Assembly: GCF_009914755.1 (NCBI RefSeq)
Contig: NC_060942.1
DNA length: 64,000 bases
Strand: one strand, 5' to 3'
From: the human T2T-CHM13v2.0 reference genome, Homo sapiens
Under the pieces are notes generated by a model that saw only the letters and a program-made list of their open reading frames with translations, was not told the DNA's origin and made no database searches. Position 1 is the first letter of the stretch; each line of letters begins with the position of its first letter. This document shows positions 48,739 to 62,532 of this stretch, piece after piece. A program made the translations under genes and the position numbers.

Positions 48739-51700
48739 GTAGTATTTGTTTTTTGGCTGTTGAGTTGTTTCAGTTCTTTGTATATTCTAGATATGAATCC
48801 CTAGTCAGATGAATATTTTACAAATATTTTCTCTCATTCTGCATGTTGTGTCTTCACTCTGTTGATTGCTTCCTTTGGTGTGCAGAAGCTTTTTAGCTTA
48901 ATGTAGTCTCATGTATCTATTTTGGTTTTGTTGCCTGTATTATAAAGTCTTGGCCATAAAATCTTTGCCTAGACCAATTTCCTGAAGCATTTCTCATATT
49001 TTCTTCCAGTAGTTCTATGTTTTTGAGTCTTATGTTTAACTCTTTAACCATTTTGAGTTGATTTTTGTATGTGGCAAGAGATACGGGTGTAGTTTCATTC
49101 TTCTGCCTGTGAGCACTTAGTTTTCCCTGCATCATTATTGAAGAGGGTATTCTTTCTCCAAGGTATTCTCTTTGTGCCTTTTTTAAAAAATCAGTTGGCT
49201 GTAAATAGGAGGATTAATTTCTCGGTTTTCTATTAATCTATATTTCTGGGTTTTATATTGTGCCATTGGTCTATGTGTTTTATTCTAATACCATACTGTT
49301 TTGGTTATTATAGCTTTGTAGTATATGTTAGGTAGTATGATGCTTCTAGCTTTTTCCATTTTGCTCAGTATTGCTTTGGCTATTCAGAATCTTTTGTGTT
49401 TCCACACAAATTTTAGTTTTTTTTTATATTTCTCTTGAGAACGTCGTTGGTATTTTGATGGGGATTGCATTATGTCTCTTGAATCTGTAGTACTATGGTG
49501 GCATTGGGTAGGATGGCTATTTTAAAATATTGATTCCTTCAATCTTTGAGCATGTGATGTGTTTACGTTTGCTTGTGTCTTCAATTTCTTTCATCATTTT
49601 TTTTGTAGTTGTAGAAGTCTTTTGCATCCTTGGTTAAATTTATTACTAGGTGGTGTTTTGGTAGCTATTATAAATGAGATCACGTCCTTCATTTTTAAAA
49701 TCTAGTTTGTTATTGGTATATAGGAGTGCTGCTTTTTGTATGTTGTTTTTGTATATTACAAGTTTACTGAATTTATCAGTTCTGAGTTTTTTGGTGGAGT
49801 CTTTAGGTTTTTCTATACATAAGATAATGTTGTCTGCAAAGAGGGATGATTGTTCTTTCTTTTTCCAATTTGGATGCCTTTTATTTCTTTCTTGCTTGAT
49901 TGCTGTGCTAGCACTTCCAGTACTATGCTGAATAAATGTGGTGAAAGTGGGCATCCTTGTCTTTTAGTTGTTAAAGGAAAGGCTTTCAACTTTTTTTCCA
50001 TTAAGTACGATGTTAGCTGTGTTGTGGGTTTGTCATATATATGGTCTTTCTTTATTATTTTGAAATACCTTCTTTTTATTGTTGAGAGTTTTTGTCATGA
50101 AGAGGTATTGAATTTTATCTTTTTGATGCCTGTTGAGAAGATCATATGATTTTTGTCCCTCTTCTATTGATGTGGTGTATCTCATGTATTGATTTATGTA
50201 CATGGAACCATCCTTGCATCCCTGAGACAAATCCCCCTTAATCATGATGTATTATCTTTTCAATGTGTTGTTGGATTAAGTTTGCTAATATTTTGTTAAG
50301 GTTTTTTGCATCTGTATTGATCAGAAAAAACGGCCTGTAGGTTTTTGTGTTTTTTTAAAATCTTTGTCTGGTGTTGGTATCAGGGTAATTCTGGCCTTGT
50401 AGAATGAGTTAGGAATAACTGTCTCCTCTTTAATCTTTGTAATAGTTTGAGAATAATCTGTGTTAGTTCTTCATACATTTGATAAAATGCAGAATTAAAG
50501 CCATTCAGTCCTGAACTTTTCTTTATTGGGACGCACCTGATTTCTGATTCAATTTTATTATTCATTATTAATTTGTTAGGTTTTCTATTTCTGTCTAGAT
50601 CAGTCTTAGTAGGTTGTATGCGTTTAGGAATGTTTCCTCTAGATTTTCTAATTTGTTTGCATAGAGTTATTAATAGTCTCTAATGATCCTTTCTATTTCT
50701 GTTGTATCAGTTGTAATTCCTTCTTTTTCATTTCTAACTTATGTGGGTCTTCTCTTTTTCTTGGTTAATCTAGCTAGCAGTTTAAAAATTTTACCTTCTC
50801 AGAAAAACAAGTTTTTGTTTTATTGGTTCTTGGCAATGTTTTTCATTTAGTCTGTTTTTAGTTCTCTAATTTTTGTTATTTCATTTCTTCTGCTAATTTT
50901 GTTCTGTTTTCTTATTTTTTCTAGTTCCTTAAGGTGCATTGATAGGTTGTGTATTTGAAATCTGTCCACTTTTATGATGTCATTTATTGCTATAAACTTC
51001 CTTCTAGCACTGCTTTTGCTACATTCCATTGGTTTTGGCATACTGTTTTTCGTTCTTATTTTTTCCAAGACATTTTATTTCCTTAATTTCTTCATTGATG
51101 CAATAGTTGCTCAGGACCATGTTATTTAATTTCCATGTAGTTGTACAGTTTTCAATATTCTTTCTATTAAATATTGTTCAATAATGTTATTGAATCAATA
51201 TAGAATAAAACTTGTCTTATTCTATTGCTATATCCTCCTGCTAATATGATTTATTTTTCAATATATGACCTTGTCTCTTCAGTTTTTCATTTAAATTGTT
51301 TTCTATAGGTACAGTTACTTTTTTTTTTTTTTGCTTTTGGTTTCCATTTACATGGAATATCTTTTTTTTATCCCTTCACTTTAAATCTATATCGGTCTTT
51401 ATAGGTGGAGTTAGTTTCTTATCGGTGGCATATAGCTGAGTCATTGTTTTAAATGCATTCATCTAGTCTACATCTCTTAATTGGGGAATTCTGCTTACAT
51501 TCAAGCTTATTAATAAGTGAGGACTTACTCTTGTCATTTTGTTAGTTTTCTGGGTGTTTTATATACCATTTGTTATTTTCTTATGGTTTATCATCATGGT
51601 TTGGTGATTTTCAGAATGGTAACACTTGATTCCTTTCTCTTTCTCATTTGTGTATCTAGTCTACTAGTGAGTTTTATACTTTCATGTATTTCCATGATGG

Positions 51701-53350
51701 TAGATATTATCCTTTCACTTCTGGATGTAGGACTATTTTAAACATTTTTTGTAGGAACCAGTCTATTGGTGACAAATTGCTTCAGCTTTTGCTTGTCTGG
51801 GAAAGACTTTATTTTTCCTTCATTTTTGAAAGATACCTTTGCTGGGTCTAGTATTTTTGGCTAAAAGGTACTTGTTTTATAAAGCATTTTGAATATGTCA
51901 TTCCATTTTCTCCTGACCTGCATGATTTCTGCTGAGAAGTCCACTGTTAGTCTGATGGAGGTTCCCTTTTATGTGACTTGATGCTTTTTCTCTTGCTGTT
52001 TTTAGAATTCTGTCATTGTCTCTGACAGTTTGACAATAATGTGGCTTGGAGAAGACATTTTTGAATTGAACCTATTTGGGGATCTTTGAGCTTCATCTAT
52101 CTAGATGTCTATATGTTTTTCAAGACTTGGGAAGTTTTTAGCTATTTTTATTAAATAGGTTTTCTATGCCTTTGCCCATCTCTTCTCCTTTGGGAAATTC
52201 CAGAATTCATTTAAAATTTTGGTCATTTTATGGCATCCTACTGGTCACATAGGCTTTCTTCATTCATTCCTTTTTTTTTTCTTCTGCCTGCATTATTAGA
52301 AAAATTATTTTGCTTAGCCTATTGACACTTGTATTTTTTTATTTCTTTGATTTCTTCAGTTCTAGGACTTTTGGTGCTCTTAACATATCTGTTTCTTTTT
52401 TGAATTTCTCATCTAGAGCATAAATTGTTTCTCTGATTTATTTGTATTGTTGGTGTTTTCTTATATTTCACTGAATTTCTCATCATAAAATTTCTAATAA
52501 GGAATTCAAGATAAAGTTCCTGTTTTGGGGATCTGTTATTGAAGAATTATTTTGTTCTTTTGGAGGCATCATGTTTCCTTTTTTTGTTTCTTGTGTCCTT
52601 ATGTTAATATCTGCACATCTGGTGTAATAGCTGCTTCTTCCAATTTTATGGATAGGCCTTTGTAAGGAAAGATATTTTCCTACAGATGTATTATAGTATT
52701 GGTTAAGTAAGTTGCTTTGGCTTTGATTTTGGATGGGTATAGCAGTGTAGTCTTTGTATGACTTCAGTTATATTCAGTGTCAGCGATATCTGGAAGTACC
52801 TAAGTGGCTTAGACTGCAATTGTTAATGGAGGTTGTGGTAAGACTTTGATGGGGGTGGGAACATCAGCTGGGTTAGTTCTTGTGCACCAGTTTGGCAGCA
52901 GTACAAATGTTGGGTCTGACCTCAGGCCTCTGGATGGTGTGTGCAGGCACCAGCAGTGGTAGGTAGGTTGAACTTATACTCTGCCCTGTACAATTTGTAT
53001 GGGTGCTGGCAGCAGTGGTGATGGGTGGGATGGAACCCCCAGTGGTATATGTAGCTGCTGGCTGTGATGGATGGGGCCAGGTCCCCGGACAGTACATTCA
53101 CATGCAGGTGGCAGTGGCAATGGGAAAGGCTGGCTTGTTCTCAAGCCGCATAAAACACATGTGGGCAATAGCAGTTGCAGTGGTGTGTGAGGCAGGCCTG
53201 TTCTCAGGCACCACTGGTGGTGGTGGGTGCACTGGACCTGTTAGACCTCCATATGGTGCCTTTGGAGGGCAGGGAAGATTAATCCCCAGATGCCAGGTTG
53301 CTTGCACGAAGGTTGCTTGCACGAAGGTTGCTTGCACAAAGGCTACACAT
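48739..53350 (-). mobile_element. L1MA-type element, remaining ORF2, ORF1 and GC-richer 5' UTR (partly deleted)
   Basis: Degraded L1 ORF2 peptides appear in the ORF track ([26 protein letters not shown]; PIKKSSGLNGF..FYQ). T-rich antisense ORF1 at ~51750-52700 and repetitive 5' UTR at ~52850-53350. Confidence 0.88.
53295..53342. repeat. 15-bp tandem repeat x3.2
   Basis: aggttgcttgcacga aggttgcttgcacga aggttgcttgcacaa agg. Confidence 0.9.
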
Positions 53351-53626
53351 AGCAGCTTCTTCCTCTGGTACCTAATGAGATGTTGCATAGGGCAACCATC
53401 AGTATCAGATAGGGTCTGTCAATACCCAGGCCTCGAACAATGTGTATGGCAAGGCAAGCTTTGCAATACATAATTTTTAAGTGACTTAATATCAGGCTAT
53501 ATCTTAAGATTTATATGTCTTTAATAGAGTAGAGAAAACAAAAATTTGGAAAACATTTCCTTACTGAGTGGTAGAAGTAGCAGACTAGTCTTTGGCTGAT
53601 CCAGAGAGACTGCAGAGGAAGTTTCT

Positions 53627-53763
53627 TTTCTTTTTAAAAATGTTTTAAAGACAGAGTCTCACTTTGTTGCTCAGGCTGCCCTCTGACTCCTGACTTCAGG
53701 TGATCCTCTTGCTTCAGCCTCCCAAAATGCTGGGATTACAGGCATGAGCCACTGCACCTGGCC
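53627..53763 (-). mobile_element. Alu monomer (FLAM-like)
   Basis: Single left arm with its own T-rich tail and 17-bp TSD ctgcagaggaagtttct (53610-53626) / ctgcagaggaactttct (53766-53782). Confidence 0.88.
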
Positions 53764-54017
53764 CCCTGCAGAGGAACTTTCTAATACAATTAGAGGTGTT
53801 TTTCTTTGTTAAAAAATAAAAATCCAAATACTTTCTGAGTTGAAAGGAAGCTACTCTAATTGGCCAAAGATTATTTATAACTGTGTCTGTGAGGCTAGTT
53901 AGGCTAGGAAAAAAACCTGAAAAGGGTGAGTAGGAAAAACAATAAGGCAAAGGAGAATGCAGTGAGGTGGAAAAGCTGTATTTAGAGCCCCAAACCATTC
54001 GTATGAAGTTTTGTATC

Positions 54018-54309
<292 letters not shown>

Positions 54310-56050
54310 TTATGTGTGTTTTATTAATGTTTGAAATAAAACAGGAACTATTACAAACTCACATGAAATGTTCTTGTGATGCTTAATACATATAGACATA
54401 TTTCTAAAGATTTTCTTCTGAAATTAGAAGCCATCTAATCCGTGGCTACTTGAGACTTCCATTAATTTATACACATTCAGCGGAGCTAACATTCTTATGA
54501 TCCATGAAGTTGTTTATGTTGTCCTGCATTGAACTGCTTCAGATTGCTATAGTTTGAAGTTTGGGAATTTGGGGAGTAATATACTCCTCATTTTATAAAA
54601 AGGAAATAAACTTCATCAAAGGTAAGAGAATTTTTGTTTTGTGGCATGATATATTATTGCTCATGGGTATACATGTAACAAGGAAGCATGAAAATGAGAA
54701 GGTGAAAAAAAGGGAAGATCTGTGACTTGCTTAATATTGCACACCTACAATTGGGCAAAATCAAAATTGAAAACCAGGTCAGTCTCATATCAAGTCACAT
54801 GTTCATAATCATGATAGGCTCTATCCAGTAATTTCAGCAATTGTACCCAAATACCTAAAGTTAATTCCACTTTCCAAATACTTGTATGGAGCCCATCTGG
54901 CACCCATGAATCAGTATTTTAGAAGTTCTCTCAAATGGCTCGGTGTCCAAGTGCTAGGTTGGTTACTACAAAAAGCCCAGCATAATTGATTTCTGAACAA
55001 TTGCCAGGAAATAAACACCAATCTATTAATGCAGCTTGATTTCTGATACTTTGTTTTATCTGTTAATAACTAGCAATATAATAATAATGCCTATTATAAT
55101 TGAATCACTTACAGGATTAATGTCAAGTTTGGCTAGTTTGTTGTTGGGTGTGGATATTTTAAGCTCTAATTGTTCTTCAGTTACATCATTTTTTCCACTT
55201 GACGGGGAACTCTGTAAGGGCAGAGATGGTAGTTCTTCACTTTGAATCACTAATGGCTATCAAAATTTTAAGACGTAGTAGTTGTCAACAAACATTTGCT
55301 GAACTAGTTTAAATAATTTTTCTAAATTATACTTTTATTATGATAAATAGTGATAGTATTCACTTTCTTGTGGTGTTCAGTGAATTAATGAAATTAGTTA
55401 CTGCAGAGTTCCTAGTGAGAAAAGGCATCCATGGGTCCTACTCAATAAGTACCTTCAGCAAAATCTGTTCTGAAAGTCAAAGTGTTCCCCAGCTAATACT
55501 GTGATGAAAATGCCTGCAGAATCAAATGCAATATGACATTCAATGTTTTAAATGAGTCATTAAACAAAGAATATTCCAATATTGTGAATCTTCTGTGAAG
55601 TTTTTACAGACTGATGGAATAGAAAAGATAGTATTCTATTTTTACAACAAGAAATACTGGGAGATGCACTACAAAATGACATTTCCAGTGAGATTTGAGC
55701 AGCATCTTATCTTTCAATGTGTTCTTTATTCATTGATTCAGGGTATCATTCCTGGGGTATATAGGTGAATATGACGATGATAATATGTCTGGCAGTACAT
55801 AGATTGCTATCCTTCTCAGTTGAAAATGGTGTTGACGGTGCGGTTAGATGCAGATAAAAAATAATCTTTGTGTGATAGCATTTTCAACACCAAACAGATG
55901 TTGCATACTTATGAATCAGTGACTTCTCATAAGTAGCAAAATGTACATTGTGTTAACGTATCAACTTGTTTTCATAAGTACAATTGGTTCCTGAGAGGCT
56001 GCAGAGTATAGTAGAGTAAAAGCAAGAGAAGTTTTCTTTTTTCTCCCTGA

Positions 56051-56509
56051 TGTATCAGTTATTGTTGCACAGCAAACTACCTTAGACGCTGTGGCTTAAA
56101 ACATCTATTTATTTTATTCATAATTCACTGGGTAATTCTACTGGTCTGGGCCAGCTGGACTGGTATAATTATGCACCTACTATAAGCTGGCGTATTGGCA
56201 GGGTGCATCATTGACAATAGCCTTGTTAGAGAGATAGGAGCCTTTCTTCAGGTAGTCTCATCCTCTGGCAGGCTAGCTTGGAATTGTTTGCATTGAAATC
56301 CCATGGAGATTGCAGGGTTCCAAGAGTGAGAGTCTCAGTGTGCAAGGTCTGTCTCTTGAGTCCTGGGCTGGAACTTTCAATGTGGCTTCTGCTACATTCT
56401 ACTGGTCAAAACCCATCTCAAATTCAGCTGAGGCTTAAGAATTATAGAAGTACACTCTTCCCTATGATGAGAGTGGAAGAGGTTACTACCATTTTTAGAA
56501 TTTGCCACA
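56051..56509 (-). mobile_element. Old MaLR LTR (MLT1H-J-like)
   Basis: tgtatcagttattgttgcacagcaaactacc...gtggcttaaaaca...cttctgctacattctactggtcaaa...ttgccaca. Confidence 0.65.
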
Positions 56510-57656
56510 GCTTCTATTGTAATTCTCAAACCACCCTCTTCAAGAAGTCATGTCTTTTAGTGATAACCATAACCACAACTACAACAGTAACAACAGCTCA
56601 CACATATGGAGAACTTAATTGTAACAAAGCCTATTCTAATGTTTTATATGGATTAACTCAATTTTCACAATAACAATGAAGGATGAGTATTAGTTTTTCT
56701 TTATGGGTGAAAAAAAAATTGCCTCACAAAGGGGTTAATCATTTTACAAAACATTAAAAATTTCCAAAAGAAGATTGCCTTAGTCAAATAAATGCAGAAA
56801 ATGCAACACAAAATAATAATTAAAAGTCTATCTATGTTTCTATCCATACAACCATTTATCCTCTTGGACTTCTCAAAGTTTTGAATGCAGTAAAGTATAT
56901 TTTGAATCTTACAGAAGGGAAAGAAGGTTATAAGCCACGTTCAAATTTGGAATCTAGGAACCCCTTCATTTTGCAGAGTATCTGTTAACATCTTACATGA
57001 CAGTGGTATTCTATGGAACTGTTTGTAAAATGCTGTAATTAGGCTTTAAACTAGATTCCAAATTGCCCTGATTTGTAGCACATGTATCTCTGTCACTGAG
57101 ACTATAAAGAATATAAAACATGCAATATGCCTGCTTTTTTTCTCTATGTGCTTGTCTGTTCAAAAAATCAGTGACCCTTTAGACATGCAGAAGTTAAGCC
57201 AGATGGGTCTATGAATCACCTCAAGGGTTTTAAGCCAAGTTATTTTGCATTGCATTATTCTATTCTTTTTTTTTTTTTAACCATTCCCTTCTTTTTTTTA
57301 TCAACATCCCTCTGAGCAGTAACACAGTATTACTGCTCTAAGGGATGACAGTTGGCAAATAGTACTATAGCATGGCAATAAGATACAGAATGAAAATTAT
57401 ACCTGTGTCAAATTGCTTCTGAATCATTTACTTCAAGATAGTCAAATTAGGAAGACCACCCCTGAGCCATACAGATGAGGCAGTAGGTTGGAGAAAGTTA
57501 TCTCTAGCTCTTTAGGTTTTAGTATCTACCGTTTAATATTGCTATTGCCAGAGTAGCAATCTGGAGGAGAGTTTTGGAATCAAGATTAGGCTACAGAAGG
57601 AATTTAAGGTGTGTGTTTTTGTATATATACATATACATGTATATATATAACTGTAC

Positions 57657-57900
57657 GTAATTGACCCTTGAACAAAACAGGGTTAGCCATGCCAACCCCC
57701 ACACAATCAAAAACCCATATATAACTTTTTACTCCCAGCAATTTTTTTTTTTGAGACAAGGTCTCACTCTCTTGTCCAGGCTGCAGGGCAGTGGCATGAA
57801 CAGGGCCGACTGACTGCAGCCTCAGTCTCCTGAGCTCAAGTGGTCCTCCTGTTTCAGCTTTCTGAGTAATCGGAACCACAGGTACACATCACCACGCCAA

Positions 57901-57953
<53 letters not shown>

Positions 57954-59008
57954 GGAGACACAGGGTCTCACTGTGTTGTCTGGACTGGTCTTGAACTCCT
58001 GGGCTGAAGTCATCCTCTAGCCTCAGCCTCCCAAAGTGTAAGGATTACAGACAGGCGCTACTGTAGCCCAGCCCTGAAAATCTTAACTACTGATAGCCTA
58101 TTGTTGACCAGAAACCTTGCTAATAACTAGCATAAACAGTTGATTAACACATACTTTGCATATTTGTTATATATTGCATTCTTGCAACAGTGTAAGCCAG
58201 AGTAAAGAAAATGTTATAAAGAAAACCATAAGGAAGAGAAAATATATTTATTAAAGTACTGATTAATACTGTAGGTTTATATCATGTGTTGACAAGATGA
58301 ATAATCTGTCTGAAGTGGTGGGCAATGCAGCTGCAGAGGTCAATCTACAGTACATATCAAACAATTCGGCCTTTTCTTGTAATGTCATGACTTGTCTCTG
58401 CCTCTTGGGAACACTTTGAACATCACTAGTGGCACTTCGTATGGGTCCCATGGTGTTATTCAAGGTTTACAATATTGCACTAAACACTATGAAAAATATA
58501 CAAGAACTGCAAGAGATCACTTTTTCCATGATAAACAATTTATTGAAGAGATGAACTGCTCTGTGGAGATGATGAGCATCACACGGCATTTTAAGTGGAT
58601 ACTCACAACACTTGAACTCACTGCAGTAACAATGGGAGGTGGCTATGAAATTATCACAGTAGTACAATGTGTACTACAGTTAATTTTATGCATTTATTAG
58701 TTAATGCTGCATTCTGTTTACATTTCTCTCTACTGTGAACGGTGCCATGTACTGTCTGTGCACATTTTAACTGTTTTATACTAGATTTGTGTATATTGTA
58801 GTAAATGATAAAATAGACTAGTACCTATATATTATATACATTTAGAGTATAACTTAGTTTTACTTTATATTTAGGCTACACGGTTTGTCTGCAAGGTTTT
58901 CAAATTATTGCAAATCTCCAAAAAAGGTTTCCAAAATGTCTATTGAAAAAAATCTCTACATATAAGTGGAGCCTCACAATTCACACCTAGGTTGCTCAAG
59001 AGTCAGTT
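57657..59008 (-). mobile_element. Tigger2-family DNA transposon (internally deleted) with transposase N-terminal remnant, interrupted by AluJ
   Basis: Terminal inverted repeats ttgacccttgaacaa ... ttgctcaagagtca. ORF 58263..58463(-) PKRQRQVMTLQEKAELFDMYCRL is a CENP-B/pogo-like HTH start. Confidence 0.85.
57742..58073 (-). mobile_element. AluJ, antisense, with T47 in place of the central linker
   Basis: ctcctgagctcaagtggtcctcct and cagggtctcactgtgttg are J-type arms. Pure T run at 57904-57950. Confidence 0.9.
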
Positions 59009-59201
59009 CTTTATATAATTTGCCTTAGAGAAACAACACATTCATTCAATCCACACACTCATGGACCTCTCCAGGAGTTTGTAAAAGAATAGGTAATGAC
59101 CTAATATTAACTAAGTAAATGCCAGCATTTTATTTAATCATCAAAACAACACGATGAAATAGATATTTTTAATCCTCATTTTTACATATGTGATGACGTT
59201 T

Positions 59202-59368
59202 TGCTGGGGATGCAGCACCAGATGGGCCAGTCCTTGGGCACCAGCATGGTGGTGGTGGTGCGAAGGCTGCACCTGGACTCGGGCGTCTGGGTGATGTGTG
59301 TGGGTGCCAGTGGTGGCATGTAGGGTAGATTGATAACCTGGCCCCTGTACAATGTGTGTGGGCCACCT
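59202..59368 (-). mobile_element. Isolated L1M 5' UTR-like fragment
   Basis: GC-rich island similar to 52860-53010 (..gcaccag.., ..ccagtggtggc.., ccctgtacaatgtgtgtggg vs ccctgtacaatttgtatggg). Confidence 0.55.
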
Positions 59369-59429
59369 TGAAGAGGAAGAATCACAATTTTTACCTCCAA
59401 TATTTTTTAAATGGCACCACTAAAACCAA

Positions 59430-60155
<726 letters not shown>

Positions 60156-60269
60156 CTAAAATTTCGTTTTAAAAAAATATGCCTGGTGTTTCTTCTAGTT
60201 GTCCATATTTCTTTCTTATGACAACAGATAAAATACACAAACTTTATATTTTCATCAGGATAGATTTTT

Positions 60270-60460
60270 TTCAAGTCTAGCCTCTGCCACTAAATGTGTA
60301 ATTTTAAACAAATTTCTTAATCTCTGTGAGCCTTTGCTTCTTCATCTCTCAATTAAGGGTAGCAATTCTAGCTGCCTCACAGAGCTATTGCAAAGTTTAC
60401 ATGAAAATGCATACAAATATGTCTAGACAAGTGCCCAGTGTGCAGGAGAGACTCAATGTA
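60270..60460 (+). mobile_element. MIR
   Basis: tcaagtctagcctctgccactaa...cttaatctctgtgagcctttgcttcttcatct. Confidence 0.65.
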
Positions 60461-61434
60461 TAATCTCTGGCTTTCCTTCTCTCTGTGCCTTTCAACGCAA
60501 ATGGAATAGTTTCAGGATGAAGAATGGTCAGCTTACATAACCAAGTGAGGTGTATATTAACAGCTGGCACCAAAAGTCATCTTAGGAACTTTGTCAGAAT
60601 ATCTTCATAAGCCTTTGTGGAAGATGTGACTCTGACAGCAGAGATGTCAACAGGAGACCAAGCTATAAAAGGAGAAGGTTAGATGGTCTAGATAAAAAAA
60701 ATTATATGAATTTTTGTTTTGCTCACAAAAAGGAAGGAAATAAGAGACGAATGGAGAAGGTAGGGAGGAGAGAGAAGAGCCAGAGAGGTAGGATGAGGTG
60801 AGGATATATGTGCTGGACAGCCAGGTAAAATTCTTCCACAGGTTATAGAAAGATATTTTAAAAATGGGACATACATTGTTAATTTAAAATTGTTTACATT
60901 ACCTTGATTTAAAGTCTACCAAAGAAACTACTTTCAGTAAAGTCTACCACAAATGAATACTAGAAATGAATGTTTCATATTCTATATGGATTACCATGAC
61001 TTAAACCAGAAATACATAACTGGAAGTAGAAGGGAATTCAAGAATGTAAGCCACCCTCGCATTCTCAGAAATCTGGGCAACTTGAGGATCTAAGACAATT
61101 TTCAAGGGATCTCAAGAGATAGGCAGTACCAGCTGACATGTGGATTTTGTGTTTAGTTGAAATATCCTCTTTTTATTTGAAAGTCCACTTAAATTCACTG
61201 TACCAAGAAATCATTTTAATTTCAGCATGATTTAGATACATTTGAAGGAGACAAACTGAAGATATTACCATGCTTGAGGTTTAAGGTGATGAAGGACTTT
61301 TAGGCATATTTGAAATATACCCCTTAACTGTTAACATTGACACCAGTGGTAAGAAATTTCCTCCATTAGATAATACCGGCTTGAATAAATCAGAAGCTTG
61401 CTGTGATGGATCATTTCTGTATCTTATTTGCAGT

Positions 61435-61650
61435 TAATAGATATTATTTCTTAGAGCAGTTATTGGTTCACTATAAAACCAGGCAGAAAGTAAGAGACTT
61501 CCCATACACCCCAGTCCCCATACGTGTAAACCTCGCTCCCGTCAACATCCCATGCTCTAGTAGTGATATTTTTGTTAAAATAGATGAACTTACATTGATA
61601 CATCATTATCACCCACATTCCATAGTTTACATTAGTGTTCACCGTTGGTG
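61435..61650 (-). mobile_element. L1MC-like 3' end fragment
   Basis: gcagaaagtaagagacttcccatacacccc...gatgaacttacattgatacatcattatcaccca...ccatagtttacattag. Confidence 0.75.
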
Positions 61651-61688
61651 AGTCTTTGTTTTTACCTACAAACTTATTACATTGGTAG

Positions 61689-62532
<844 letters not shown>

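Noticed and set aside
53003-53473. 156-aa ORF with VACTK repeats
   Set aside because: Antisense L1 5' UTR plus a 15-bp tandem repeat.
58263-58463. Domesticated TIGD-like transposase gene
   Set aside because: Only a short N-terminal remnant in an internally deleted Tigger2, with no catalytic domain.
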